DNA of 61,740 nt, counting the filler, from Choristocarpus tenellus KU-1152 (taxonomy: Eukaryota > Protista > Phaeophyceae): the NCBI GenBank assembly GCA_964200185.2. It is 13 parts of 13 records of this genome, joined end to end, with 100 filler letters (N's around TTAATTAATTAA, not from the genome) between each part and the next. Parts side by side here need not be neighbours in the genome. Positions count along the whole stretch, not along the records: positions 20,318 to 28,688 come from CAXNAD020004797.1; positions 28,789 to 35,331 come from CAXNAD020007896.1; positions 35,432 to 39,998 come from CAXNAD020013985.1; 10 more parts are not named here. One strand, 5' to 3'. The position numbers were made by a program, and so were the translations under genes. Position 1 is the first letter of the stretch, and the number at the start of each line of letters is the position of its first letter. The notes beneath the pieces are model-generated. The model was not told the DNA's origin and made no database searches. It worked only from the letters and a program-made list of their open reading frames with translations. Shown here piece by piece: positions 24,461 to 37,093 of this stretch.

Positions 24461-24520
24461 GTTACAGGCGAATAGTGCGAGTATTTCTTCCTGCGTTCTA
24501 ATAAGCACGAGCAGTATACA
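24461..24520 (+). repeat. Single copy of 57-bp repeat unit family E
   Basis: gttacaggcgaatagtgcgagtatttcttcctgcgttctaataagcacgagca matches the tandem units at 45867-46037. Confidence 0.75.
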
Positions 24521-25089
24521 TACGTGGGGAACCTCATAAAGAGAAACTTCGATTGGCTAAAAGTTGCAGAGAAAGATCTGTAACTCGGGAATGTATGCAA
24601 TGGTCTTCAGATGTACTCCAACGTCTGTAACCCCAAAAATATAAACGAGGATGACAATAAAAGATACAAAAGAGTGTTGGACTAATGACGCCCCTCTTTC
24701 CATTTTTCTTAATAAATCCGATACCAAGTTCATGCACTGATATTGATTGAGAAAATTCCCCCTGTTCTGCTGACCTGACGTCCATTAACCCTCATTGGAC
24801 CTTTGCCGAAGTATCCTGGGAGGCTTATACAAGCATCAACGCCATCTACAGGGCTGTGGATTGGAGCTCTACATCCCATGGAGGTGAGCTTCTGGAGCAC
24901 GCTGTAATGCATACTCTCCATGCATTCATTGCACAGGGCTCCCCCAAGCCCAGGGTGGCGCGTGCTTGATGCCACATTTATGCCCAAGACTGTCAGGAGG
25001 CGAAATCTGTGCGACAGGAGCTGGACCACTTAACTTTCAATGACACAAGGGACCCTTCGCCAGGCCTCACCAAGTTGTCCAGGTTCGGT

Positions 25090-25430
25090 TGGTGATGACA
25101 GACGGTTGCACTGGGGTTACTTTGTTGGGATATGCCCCAACAGAAGAGGGATTACTATTAGAGATAGTCAACAATGCTTTCTGGAAGAAGTTCTACGCTG
25201 TGGTGCAGCAGACTCCCCCCAAGGATAAGCTCTTTCTTCTGATGGAGGCAAACGCTCACACTGGAAAGAGAGTTAGGTGATGGAGGGGGGGAACACAATG
25301 GAAAGGCTCTTGGGGAATATATAGATGAGATGTGTTCAATAACCAAGGTGAGCACCTGTTGATGTTTTCAGCAATGAATATACTTGCATTTGTCAACATA
25401 ATTTTCAGTGTACCCAAGGGAAAAGGTGCC
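25090..25430 (+). mobile_element. LINE (RTE-like) apurinic-endonuclease domain relic
   Basis: GYAPTEE..NAFWKKFYAVVQQTPPKDKLFLLMEANAHTG..NNQGEHLLMFSAMNILAFVNIIFSVPKG corresponds to the YAPT / DxNA / NGxxLL / NTFF motifs; stops present. Confidence 0.8.
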
Positions 25431-27634
25431 AGACGTATTTGGGTCATCAAGGGGAAATTTTGGTCCATTCGTCTTGACGTATTTTCACATTATGCTAACC
25501 ACCTCCTTTGGAATCTGAGGAAGGGAGTGTTGATGAGTACTATTTTGCCATACAGGACGTTGTCACCGCATCAAGATGCAAGATTTAGATCTTTTTTGTA
25601 TTACTGTCCAAGGCTTTGACTCAAGAAAAGTATAGCCCCACAAATGTAAGCTGATTGCCATTCAACTAGATTCCTCTTTTCCCCAAAACACCAACCACAA
25701 GTGTGTCCAAAACTGCCTCAAAAATCAAAACACTCTTGAAGTAAACAAATGAGCCTCGTTTATTTCTCCTAGAGATACTCGTACCCTCTTCAGGAGTAAC
25801 ACAAACCTGGAGTGTCATGACGTCTACATTCACATTAATAAATTCATAGTAACATTAACATCAAATAACAATTCAGCATTATACACAACCAAGCACCTGT
25901 CTGGAGAGCAGAAAATTAGGATCAAATGAACATGACCACTGTCTTGAACAATGGGTGCTACGGATAGAATTGGCTCCAGTGTTTGCTGCACAACAAACTT
26001 TAGAGAACAAATGACCCCAAGCAATGTCTTAGACAACGGACATCATGGAATAAGTTCCCCAGATACGAGCAAGTACAATGAACAAACGTTTTTTCTTTGT
26101 CCACTTTATTTTTCTGACAAATTTCTTCTGCTTATTGTTTCTCTACAGTAACATAGCAAAATAATGAGTGAAAAAAAATGAAAGTATCCATATGTTTGAG
26201 TGAACTTCTTCATGGAATAATAACTGGGCAAAAGGCCCAATAATTTGTTCTGGACAATGGGCATAAGAGAGCACAGGGTGCCAAACGATAGCCTCTCCAT
26301 AGATGCCGCATGCAAGCCTTGCGCTAGACAAACATTATAGAGCAATCTAGCAATAACCTAAATACAAACACTATAGAGCAAAATGGGCCTAACTTTACCA
26401 TGGGTAACATGACATTAGAGGCCAAGGATGGCCGAATATTCTAGGGTAACCCTAGTGTTGTGCACCACATTTTTCTAAATTGCAGAATATAGGTACACAT
26501 TTATTTCCAGAAGAGAACAAAAATCTGCAGCGAAAGTGCAGCAAAAAGTGCAGATGGTATTTGGAAACACACATTATCAGCTGCGGTCTTCACTCTTTCT
26601 GCTAAAGTATGTGTCCTCAAGCCCTTGCAATATACACTTTGTTATGTGACATTCCTGACCTCTGACAAAAGCAAAGAAGTGAATAGAATTAAAAAAAAAC
26701 TTCAAAGATGTCGTTAGACACTTTGCCCCGGAATACAACACATCACACAGCACTAAATCTCACACTACTGTGTGACATACAAACTGGGGATGGTGGGCAG
26801 ACTCTATGATTGGTGATTCCTTCCAAAGGGGTTTCAGGAAGCACACTGATTTAACTGAGATGACTCTGCTTGTTTGGGCGACATAGCTTCCCTCTAGCAA
26901 GGTTCACAATTGGACAACACATTTCTACAACAAAGTTGAACAATGTCAGTCGTCACACACAGTACTAGGTCTGAAGCTAAAACCCAATGCCAGGGACAGA
27001 CCTGAGGTGAACTAGAGGTCTGCAAAGAGTAAACAGAAGTATCACAACAGAAAAGCTTACCATACATAATAATAGGACTCATCTAGGCAAACCCTATCCT
27101 TGGCTTCTGCACTGGAGCTGACCAGTATGAAAGAGATTGATCCTTGAACCACTGAACAAACCAACTTCTAAGGACTACAAGACTACAGTACAGTTGCTCA
27201 ACAGCAGATTGTGGTGCAAAATTCTGCGAAGGTAAGAAAGAAGCACCATCCACACGACCTCATGTTGGGAAAAATTTTGGCTAAATTCTGCGAAACCATA
27301 TTGCAGAATCGACAAAATATAACTCATTGATATCTGCAGGCAATGTGATGCCCAATGTCTGACCTTTGGTGTGCCTACAACCTGGTTGTGGTCCTTCACC
27401 TGAGGCTAAATGGAGTCAATTCTGCAGGCCCTTCGGCACATAATCTTGCTATTTTCCCTCCTCACAACTCCTCAGCTTAAAAGACTTCAGTATCCCTCTA
27501 GGCACCAGTTCTGGCCTTGACCTGTTATTAGAGAGGGTTAGATGTCCCATGTGTATCATGGTTTATCACAACAATGAGACTGTCTGTGTGTGGCGCTGAG
27601 CGAACAGTGATTAGAACACCAACTTACCAGTGTC

Positions 27635-28313
27635 TTAGTACCACTCGTCTGCCAAAGCTGCTCGAAGCATAAGCTGTGATGTCCTCGCCCCACACCTCTC
27701 CACCTCTTCCCTGAAGTCATTGCAGAGGTTGGGGTCTCCACACGATTGCCTGCATTTCACCCACTTTGTGCGGTGGTTTTGGATGAGTCCGAATAGGCAA
27801 AGGTCACATCGTTCTTCAGTGAGATTTTCCTTACGTTGCCTTTGAGAGACACCCAGAGCCTACCTTGGAAAATTCCTCTGTGCACACCAAATGGGCAGTG
27901 CAGGCAATATACTTGAAGTACAAGTCGGGCTTCTTCGTCTGCAAGAACATAAGCATCTGCGGCTCACAACTTATCTGTGAAGGAAAGAAGCGAGACCACA
28001 AGTATTGGAGGGGGGGAAATTTACATGGTTACATCTCGATACTTTGTCAAAGTGCACTACTGGTTACTATGGGAACACTATCCACACTCATTTAGGCTCA
28101 CCATCATAGCCTTATACATCGGCCCGAACAGTTCGTCCTGTGCCAGACTTTCTCGTTGCCTCTCAGTGAACCTTCCCTGTCGTAAAGCTGTCATGAGCTT
28201 CAACACTGACCTCGGAACTGGCAGCTCCTTCGCCGGCGAGAACTGCCCTTTGCGCGAGCTCGCCCCATTCGACACTGGGACAAGGAAGAGTGCAGAAATT
28301 GGAGAAGCGATTT
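27635..28313 (-). pseudogene. Spliced, frameshifted Cys-rich coding remnant of unknown family
   Basis: ..DELFGPMYKAMM|gtgag; tcacag|ISCEPQMLMFLQTKKPDLYFKYIACTAHLVCTEEFSK; then, in a shifted frame, ENLTEERCDLCLFGLIQNHRTKWVKCRQSCGDPNLCNDFREE..DEWY*. Confidence 0.4.
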
Positions 28314-28836
28314 GAAAGTTTTGTCATCAAAGTGATGAAGGGAACTGGGGAGTCTAAATCAGGATAGAGTACACGTCCCCGGCCTCTGAAACTTTGAATG
28401 ATCTGTAGAGGATATAGTCTTTCTTACCATTGTTACTTCCCATTTAGAGGCAAGTACGATACTTGGGGTTGTAAGGGATATGGGAAACAAAGAGGAGAAC
28501 GAAAGTAAAATCCAACCAAAAAACACTGAACACTACGTTTCCACTACGTTCACTAATCCACCTGTAAAAAAATCTACACTTCCATTTCGTGATAATACAC
28601 CACAGAAGTATATTTAAAGAGAAAGTGTGAGAGCCATCTTCCACAGAAGGTATACCCTGAAGGTAACCTATCTTGAACATCATGTAGANNNNNNNNNNNN
28701 NNNNNNNNNNNNNNNNNNNNNNNNNNNNNNNNTTAATTAATTAANNNNNNNNNNNNNNNNNNNNNNNNNNNNNNNNNNNNNNNNNNNNTAATAGGGTATA
28801 CTCCTCACACATGCCCCTGCTGGTTCAACCATCTTA

Positions 28837-29095
28837 GAGTGAAAGTATCTTAGAGGGTACGAGTTTTGGTCTGTTTGTCCATTTGGGGCTTGGCTTCCCA
28901 TAGTTTTTTTTATGACATTTTCCTACTCCAAAATGTTTTGGAGTAGGTAAAATGTATACATTATGAAAAGGTGTGTCTGGAACAAGAATATTGACACTTG
29001 CTAACAAACGCGATGAGCGAAATTACATGAAAATTACAACATTGGATTTTGGTCCTCAAATGGACGCGGCTCTACCCTCTAAGATACTTTGGCTC
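28837..29095 (+). mobile_element. MITE family A, full copy
   Basis: Same TIRs and body; TSD TTA. Confidence 0.93.
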
Positions 29096-32000
29096 TTACA
29101 TAGGCGTGAAGATAAAATCTCAAATATCACAGTGTGGATACGGTACCAACAGGCAGTTCTGACTGAGATAGGAAACCAACAATTAAGAATCTATTTCTCT
29201 TCATAGCTTTTCGAGTTTTACATCAAATTTTGGGGGACACCTCTTCTAGGCAGTTAGAATGTGCCCAAAGTGGGTGCACGGAGATAAATATCATGGTTGA
29301 CGTAAATATAATATTGCTTACGTTGGTCGAAAAAATTGTCATATGCGTACACACTAACAAAAAAATCGAAAGTACCTCCCTCTGAGCTTCTTGTACAGAG
29401 TACGTATCAAGATAAAGCAGTTATCAAAATTTCACAATTGAACTCGAAAAATTGAAGGACAAATGAGGATTCTTATCTTGTAGCATAGGTACCATACTCA
29501 AGCTATGGCAATATGACTCTGTGCATATTGGGAGCTATAACTCAAGGTGCACAATGTCATTTCAATTGTATACTTCAACCCAATGATCACAGTGTCCAAC
29601 TTCATCCATTGCCAAGCAAGATGGATAAAGCAACGATTTTCATGTCCAGTCAAATCTCAAGTGTAGTTTGTTGGTCTGCCGGTTGTCCATATCTCACCAT
29701 CCATACCAGAGAAAAAAACTATTAGGCTGAACACTTTCCTCTGTGTCAAGGAAAAACATTCCTTTGATGCGTTGTCTGATTCATATAATACTTCTAGAAT
29801 TAGTTTTCCTTGAGCTTCTGGGGAGGTCTGGTCAGAATGCCTTGTAGTTCCACCTTCCTGGAGGTTGTAATGATCTCGTCCATCTGTTCAGAATTGAGAA
29901 TTTTCTGGGCTGTGGAGCTCTTAAATTTTCCATGTTGTAAGCGTAAGTCCCGCCTATATCTCTATCTTCTCTATCTCGGTTGTTGGTACACATGCATGCC
30001 AAGATACGCGATTTTATGGGCAAGACAGAGGAATGATAAAAGTTACTTTTGCTCAAAACAATACAGAATCCAGAATTTTAGGACTCAAAGGCAAATTGTC
30101 ATCAGCATCAAGATATGTTTAATTGCTGGATTTTGAACTGTAGAAGGATCCATGAATATACCTGGCAGAAAATGTGTAAGGATGAGTGAAAAAAAATGAC
30201 AGACCTTTTTTTGCATTTGAGCCAATCAACTCATCTGCAAGCATCACTTATCACCTCTCTGGCAGTACCTAAACAACAGTTTAGGGTGCGTTAAATAACG
30301 TGATGTGGCATACATTGGCATACATATTGTTACAATGTGGGAGAACCAGTAGTCTTGAGTCTCTACTGGAAAGAAGGTTTTCAAATGCTAGGAGGCGAGC
30401 TTAGCCCTTGTATATTATTGCTTGATACCTGTTACTTTCTTTGGCAACTATTTAGTCGCTTTTAGATATGCCATGTATTGGGTAGGAATATATCATCGCA
30501 TTATGAATTGTGCATAATGAGACATCATTCAAGGTTGAGGGTACCTGGCCCTGACTGACTCATGATTTGCCAACGAGATTGATATCAGCTTCAAGAAACA
30601 CATGGAGCGTGGCTGAGAGGTTTAGAAAGTAGTTCTTAGATTGGGTGATGCTGAACTTCAAACATGAAAGGTAGTAGAGCGCTCGAGTCTTGAAAATTAT
30701 TGCATTCCAGAGCAATTCCAGGTCACGACATAAAACTGCTTGTTAAAACAGACCTTCTACAGAGCCATTGCATAGCTACACATGTGCAACTGAAAATTGC
30801 TACCGAAACAACATGGGCATTGTTTTCCACTTATCCAATTGGAGGAATATTTGCTGCAGTCTTCTATGTGGTTTCTCCATTCCATAATTCATTCTGGATT
30901 TTTTGTAACACTTTGAGTGCCAGTACTTCTCTTTTCAACTTAACTGTGGCCAGCATGGATCAATATGTACCTAGTCGTAAATTGCCTATGTGAGACGTTT
31001 TTTCTATGTGTTTCATCTCACTTGGCAACAAAAGCAGGTGACAAACATTTTCGAATGGGCAATCAAGCCAACCTTTTTTCAGGCCTGGCTCACCAAAAAG
31101 TGTGTGGGCTAGTGCCCTTTTATGTTCACGGTGTATTTGTTGAAGCTGGTATCCTTGGAAACATTTGTAGGGAAGGGTAGAAGAAGAATACACCTTTATC
31201 AGCATACTATAGGACACATGAAAATAGAAGGAACACCCATCACAGCTAACTCTTAACAGCCCTTCATGCCTTCCTCTATTACTCAGGCAGAATTTTAACC
31301 AATAACCTGTGGCTTGCACCAATCCTTGCTGTAGCTACTGTTTATAGGAAGTACCGAGGTCTAGATCAAGGAGAGCAAGTATTGGCATTCATCTCTCAAT
31401 CTCTAGTATTCCACCATATACATGTATCCCTTTGCCTTTAAGACTTCCCAGTACTATGTGCAGTAGTGCTATTAAAGCAAGCAAAACAATTCAAGGGTTT
31501 GGCAATCTCTACGTGTTTGGGCGTTTATCATATCCAGATTATTTCAAAACCAAAGACTGATTATCAGTGTCCCTATGTATAGCGAGGTTTGGGGGCAGAG
31601 CATGAGTGGGGACACACGCCTCCTCCATCCCCGCCTACTTTTTCACTTGCTTTTCTCTTCCATATACACCAATCATAGAATTTTCTTAACACCCATCAAA
31701 AAATATGGTATGTAGTTGTATGGACTCTTACCTTTGATTTAAGGTGCCGTTTTTCAGTTCTCATGTCCACTATTATACTCAGAGTAGATATAGGAAGGTG
31801 TAGTTGCTACCTCCTATTTCCGGTAATACTATTGTTAGAAACCCACCTAAGCATTGTCCTTCTCTTTAGATATGTAGTTGATTCGAAGGGAAGAAAAGAT
31901 TTCCAAACCTCCCACCTTCAGCCAACATTCTTGTTCACTCCCATGAACATCCACCGGCCTTCACCATCATTGGGACATCAAAACAATAAACCAAATACAT

Positions 32001-32388
32001 CAATCAGTCCTTTCAATTCTTCGCAACGGAGACTCCTGGTCCCCCATCTTCCTGATGCCCTCATGCGCGGACCCACCGGACTTCAAGAAGATAGGGTGGT
32101 ATTCAAGTAAAAATATGTTGTTACAGCACCAAACAATTTTGATATCTTCCATTTGATTTGTTGAAGATTGGCAATTTTGTTTGAGTTTTTTTGTAGAGGG
32201 TTATCCTTCTGGAGGGTGGGGTTGATGTTAAAGGTTCGACAAATGTAAAATTGCCGTAGCCTACAGTTACAGGCCATTGTGTAGTGACTCAGCATCTCAT
32301 CTTCATTCACATGATAAGACATACCCCAATAAATCACTTGTTCTATGCTCTATGCTCTATGCTCTCTGCTCTCCCTACTCCACACAAG

Positions 32389-34692
32389 GTATACAATGAT
32401 CACCACCAGACATCATTGTACGAGATATGGCATGTTGTTATTCATTCACGCTTGAGACTGGATATTCACTCCCTGTTGGGGCAAGCAACCCCTGTAGATC
32501 TTGTTGTACGAGGGGATCGTTACAGCAGACGTGTTCTGGCATCCTCTTCTTCTCCTGCTGAAGTTTTTTTCAATCCACCAAATGCCTTTCAGCTTGTGCC
32601 AGGAGCCTACAACAGGTGCTGCATTATACAGGATGGGACTGAGTACATGATTGACCTTTTCCCCTACAAATTGTAATGATGATGGATTGGATCTATAGGC
32701 CCCTGGTGGTAGCTTTGCAATATTACTCACTGCAATATGACATCTACTCCTCAGTATAAACGCCTAGCTAAGTTGAACTCAGTCATGCACATGCACACTG
32801 TGCTTAGCATTCCCATCAACACATGTGTTGTATCTTGAAACATCATTTGGGTATAGACTTCCCTGTAGTCAACACTAGGTTTCTATCAACAGTCTTTTTA
32901 TGACGCCATTCCCAGGAACCCTGTGCCTGTACTATACCATCCTTGCACCTACTTTGAACTCTCCTTGAATTGAAGGCTACCAGTTTTTCTAGCTTTTATT
33001 TTAACCAGCAAGGAATGCATGTTATGAGGTGCTGAGAGAGGACTGACTTGTCCTATGATATGAAGCATTCAATACAGTTGTTTAATACATAGAGGAGTAG
33101 CTGTGTGGATCGAAGTATAAAGTATCTGGAGGAGGATGAAGTACAGGGTAACCTTCATGTCAGCAGAGGATCAACAGTGTGATGCGAGGTTCATTTCTTA
33201 CTTCTCGCTTACTGCCCATACCTTTCCCACTTCAGAGTGAGCATGAGCTTCCGACCGTTGGTGACTGGAAGTCGCAAGGTGCATGTGCACCTTGTTGACA
33301 GTGACTCCATGGAGTTGGTGGCGGCCTGGCTGGCAACAGTCACAGCCATGCCCCCTGTAGTGACCAAGTCCTACGACGTTGATCTTCCACGAGGTCGTGA
33401 ATGCCATAAACGTATCACATACACAAACCCTTGGAGCTCAACAAGGGTATTCCGCCTGTCCAGCAGTGATTCTTCCCTGCTGCGTCCACGTTATGAGAGT
33501 ATTGAGGTGTGACGAGTTGGGTAGTTGGACAGGGTTGGAGTAGGGTTACGTTGGAGATGTCCTATTATTGCAAAGAGTCGCCTATCAATATTAGACATTG
33601 ATTTGACGTGTGACAAATAGGCCCATATGCTATTTCTTAGTGCTCTCTTGTTATCTACCAAAGCTAGTGTTGTACACAACCCCGAGTTATATAGGGTTTG
33701 ACCATACTGAATTGAAGCATTGACTTTACTCTGGAGTTCTCTAGTAGTTGCCCTATTTTTTCTCCAGGACATTAGTAAGCATGTAGAAGTCATTATCATC
33801 CTTGCAATTTGTAGATATCTGGATTGTATAGATTATGAGTGAAAGTATCTCAGAGGGTTCAAGTTTTTCCCTGTTTGTCCGTTTGGGGCTTGGCTTCCCA
33901 TGGGTTTGTTTATGAAATTTTCCTACTCCAAAACATTTTGGAGTAGGTAAAATGTATACTTTATGAAGATATGTCTCCTGAACAAGGATATTGACGTCTC
34001 CTAACAAGCATGATGGTCAAAATTACATCAAAATTGCAACATTGGATTTTGTCCCCCCAAATGGACGCGGCCCTACCCTCTAAGATATTTTGACTCTATT
34101 GAAACACATGCACTATCAAGAAGACATGGAGACCCGACACACAATTTACGATGTTGGAAGCGCATATGCATATGCCATTTGTGACTCTAATACTTTTTTT
34201 TTATTACTGAATCACGACAACTGAGGTATAGAGCGTAGAGGACAATCCCACTGGTGTGGGAGGTGCCACCTGGCCCACATCAGCTCGAGATGTTCTGACA
34301 ATACCCAGCGTAATTCGTGGTACTGAGAGTTTGCACAACATATATCTAGGATATTGTGATGGACATTGTTCATGCATAGTTAGTCGAAACCAAAATAAGA
34401 GAGAAATACACCAGCCAACCGTCCTCCCCCTTAGTTCCAAGTTGATATACCCTTAGTGCACAAAACTCCAGCTCACTTTTTTCTGCAATCTCGCTTCTTA
34501 TGCCCTTCTTGCCTTTCTACATGTAACAAGGTGGCTGGGGGTGGAGTTGGTTATATCCGTCTGTGGTTTGCTGCAGTGGACAGCAGTGTGTCCAATATCA
34601 CTTCTGCAAAGGCAAAAGAGGCATTCTTGTTTGTGAATGATGAGAAAGGACAAAATGAGGAATGCTTGCTCATCAGAATGCGTAGTACATAG
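32389..34692 (+). CDS. NPHP4: Nephrocystin-4 (ciliary transition zone), last three exons: 32389-32615, 33236-33506, 34531-34692
   Basis: Spliced VYNDHHQTSLYEIWHVVIHSRLRLDIHSLLGQATPVDLVVRG..SFRPLVTGSRKVHVHLVD..ELVAAWL..HKRITYTNPW..GYIRLWF..LFVNDEKGQNEECLLIRMRST* matches the NPHP4 C-terminal Ig-like region (KRITYTNP, INDxxDxNEE). Confidence 0.92.
33837..34096 (+). mobile_element. MITE family A, full copy in the last NPHP4 intron
   Basis: Same TIRs and body; TSD TAT. Confidence 0.93.
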
Positions 34693-35133
34693 GACTGAAG
34701 TACAGGCCACACACTCTCATGCACACATTTAACTGTACATATATTGAGGGATTTATTGTTGAGAAAATCCCTTATTTGATTTCTTCACGTTGCAGAGTTG
34801 CAGACAAATGTAAATGAATCATTTCAACTTTTGCACTTACTATCTAAAAGTCTTCACCAATTCTTTTTTTTCTGTGGAGCAACCTTGACTTTTATGAAGA
34901 TTAGGAGGTGATGCTTAGATGCTTAATTACATATTATCATGCATAATTATCATCAACATATGGAATCCATAAGCAACCATCAGATTTCATACAAGTTTGA
35001 AACACTCATACATTTCTGGCTTACACGAATGTAGGAGGCTTCGAAAATGTGGTAGTTGCATACAGGCAAGGCTCGAAAGGACTGTGATTAACTATGCAAG
35101 CACTTGCTTACTCTATCTTGACATTGTCATAGA

Positions 35134-35302
35134 GACTCAATGTATCTGGGGGGGGGAGTGGTGGCTGTCCATTTGGGGTCAATTTTTTTCATGGCGCGAT
35201 ATTTGTGTGATTTGGTTGCATACGTCAGATGGACAATGTAAATGCACTTTTCCTGGTTTTGGTTCAGATGGACACCCTGTTGTAGACTCCCCCCCCCCCC
35301 CC
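35134..35302 (-). mobile_element. MITE family B copy, right end lost at a poly-C tract near the contig end
   Basis: gactcaatgtatctggggg..gtggctgtccatttgggg..gatggacaccctg..cccc. Confidence 0.85.
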
Positions 35303-35431
35303 CGCGCCATTGGGCCCAGCCTCTCCTTTTTNNNNNNNNNNNNNNNNNNNNNNNNNNNNNNNNNNNNNNNNNNNNTTAATTAATTAANNNNNNNNNNNNN
35401 NNNNNNNNNNNNNNNNNNNNNNNNNNNNNNN

Positions 35432-35897
35432 CCCTGAACTTATGGGCATCTGTGCCTGTACTTGTTGGTTGTATGTCTCCAGGAGGAGAAGCCCATTTTC
35501 ACACACCCCTTCAAAGAAGGCAATGGCTCCCACCGAGTCTGCTACCTCCATTATTTTCTCTAGTGCCCACAGTGAGGTGTTGTCTGCTTGATTCGTTGTG
35601 AAGTGTGCCAGGTGGAGGGGAGTGACCCTTACCAAATAGCCTAAGAGGGAAAAGAGGGACCAGGAGTTGAGGAGCGAGGCAACTCGTTTGTCCTCCATTT
35701 CACTAAGGTGTGTGACCAGCATTCGTGACCCTGAGCTCTCGATCACCTCAGCCATGTGGACTTGGATTAATCCATCTGTTCCCATCAGTGTAACAAAATC
35801 ATTTGTGTCAAGGGCCAGATTGATTCCTGGTATAGCCAGAAAATCCAGTTCTGAGGGCGTGGGATACATAATTTCCAGTGTGATCTGAACGGTATAC
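35432..35897 (-). CDS. Long exon of unknown protein, open to the contig edge
   Basis: tttcacag|G TAT ACC acceptor, then about 155 open codons (YTVQITLEIMYPTPSELDFLAIPG...). No family recognised. Confidence 0.5.
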
Positions 35898-35976
35898 CTG
35901 TGAAAGAAACCGATGACGGTACACACTCCATATTAGCACATACTGTCGTCGGTATGTATGTTTATGTGTAGTATTT

Positions 35977-37093
35977 TATTGTTATACCCTCTGACATTTT
36001 GAAGATGTGTCAAGGGAAAAACCAATGAAAACTATTCACATGTTAGAAAAATCCCTAATAAAGTAACAGTTGTCATAAATGTGAAAAACATTGATCTTTT
36101 TGTCATTTTACTACCAACTATGCTGTACCACTGCCTTCCTGTACCTCCAACCTAGCTATTCTTGCACCTCAGGGTGAGGAGGAGCTACGGAAGCATCCCA
36201 ATAATCTAACAAACCTCTCCTTGACCACCTCCCTGGTGTCTCCAGCTTAAAATGCATGACACGTCTAGACAGGGGCACCTGCGTTTTATGGGCAGTATAG
36301 CTGATATATTCATACCGATCCGCCTAAATCACGAACTTCTTCTGGTGGGCGAAGATCTCTCAATTTGGCCTCAAAATCGTTGACTTGAAGCGAGAGGATA
36401 TACAGATATTATGGGAAAGGTCTGTCAAGACTAAAGTGTCCGTCACAGCACAACTGACTCTCTTGAGATGTGCCATGGGTGTTTCAAGCTACAGATACAC
36501 AAGTTGCTGGGCAGGAAACTGCTGGGACGATTCCCTATATATAATATATTATATGCCCTAGGACATTTCCCTAGATCCTAGCCCACATTTATTCTTCGTA
36601 GGCCTAGGATAAACGCATAATAATAGAGTACACATTATGTGGTAGAAAACTATTTCCAAGGAGTCGATGTAACGAGAGGTTCCCAGAGTTGCATTTTAAG
36701 GATCTCAACAATATGAGGAAAATTCGGCTTTTTCTCCAAAAATGTGTAAGATATTCTCCGAATTATATCGAAATCTCTCAAACATTAGACAAATATATTT
36801 TCTCAAGTCAAACTTAGCGCTCCATCCATGGAAATATGGGTGAACTGTAAAAGATCCAAAAACTGAAACATAACGCAAAACGGACAAAAACTGGGTACAT
36901 CTTTTTTACTTTCGATAAGGGGAAGGCAGTGGTACAACATAGATAGTAGTGAAATAACAAATAGATTGGTGTTTTTCACATTTGTGACATATTTTATCTC
37001 TTCAGGGCATATATATTCTGACATGTGAATAGTTTTAATTGGTTTTCCCCCTGACACACCTCCAAAATGTCAGAGGGCATAATAATACAATAA
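35977..37093. mobile_element. Inverted pair of family C units (35977-36139 + and 36921-37093 -) enclosing a family D MITE and an ~80-bp mini-element
   Basis: ataccctctgacattttgaagatgtgtc...tgtaccactgccttcc versus ggaaggcagtggtaca...aaaatgtcagagggcataata. Confidence 0.65.
36674..36902. mobile_element. MITE family D copy
   Basis: gagaggttcccagagttgcattttaaggat...aaaacggacaaaaactgggtacatc; colinear with 58150-58383. Confidence 0.8.
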
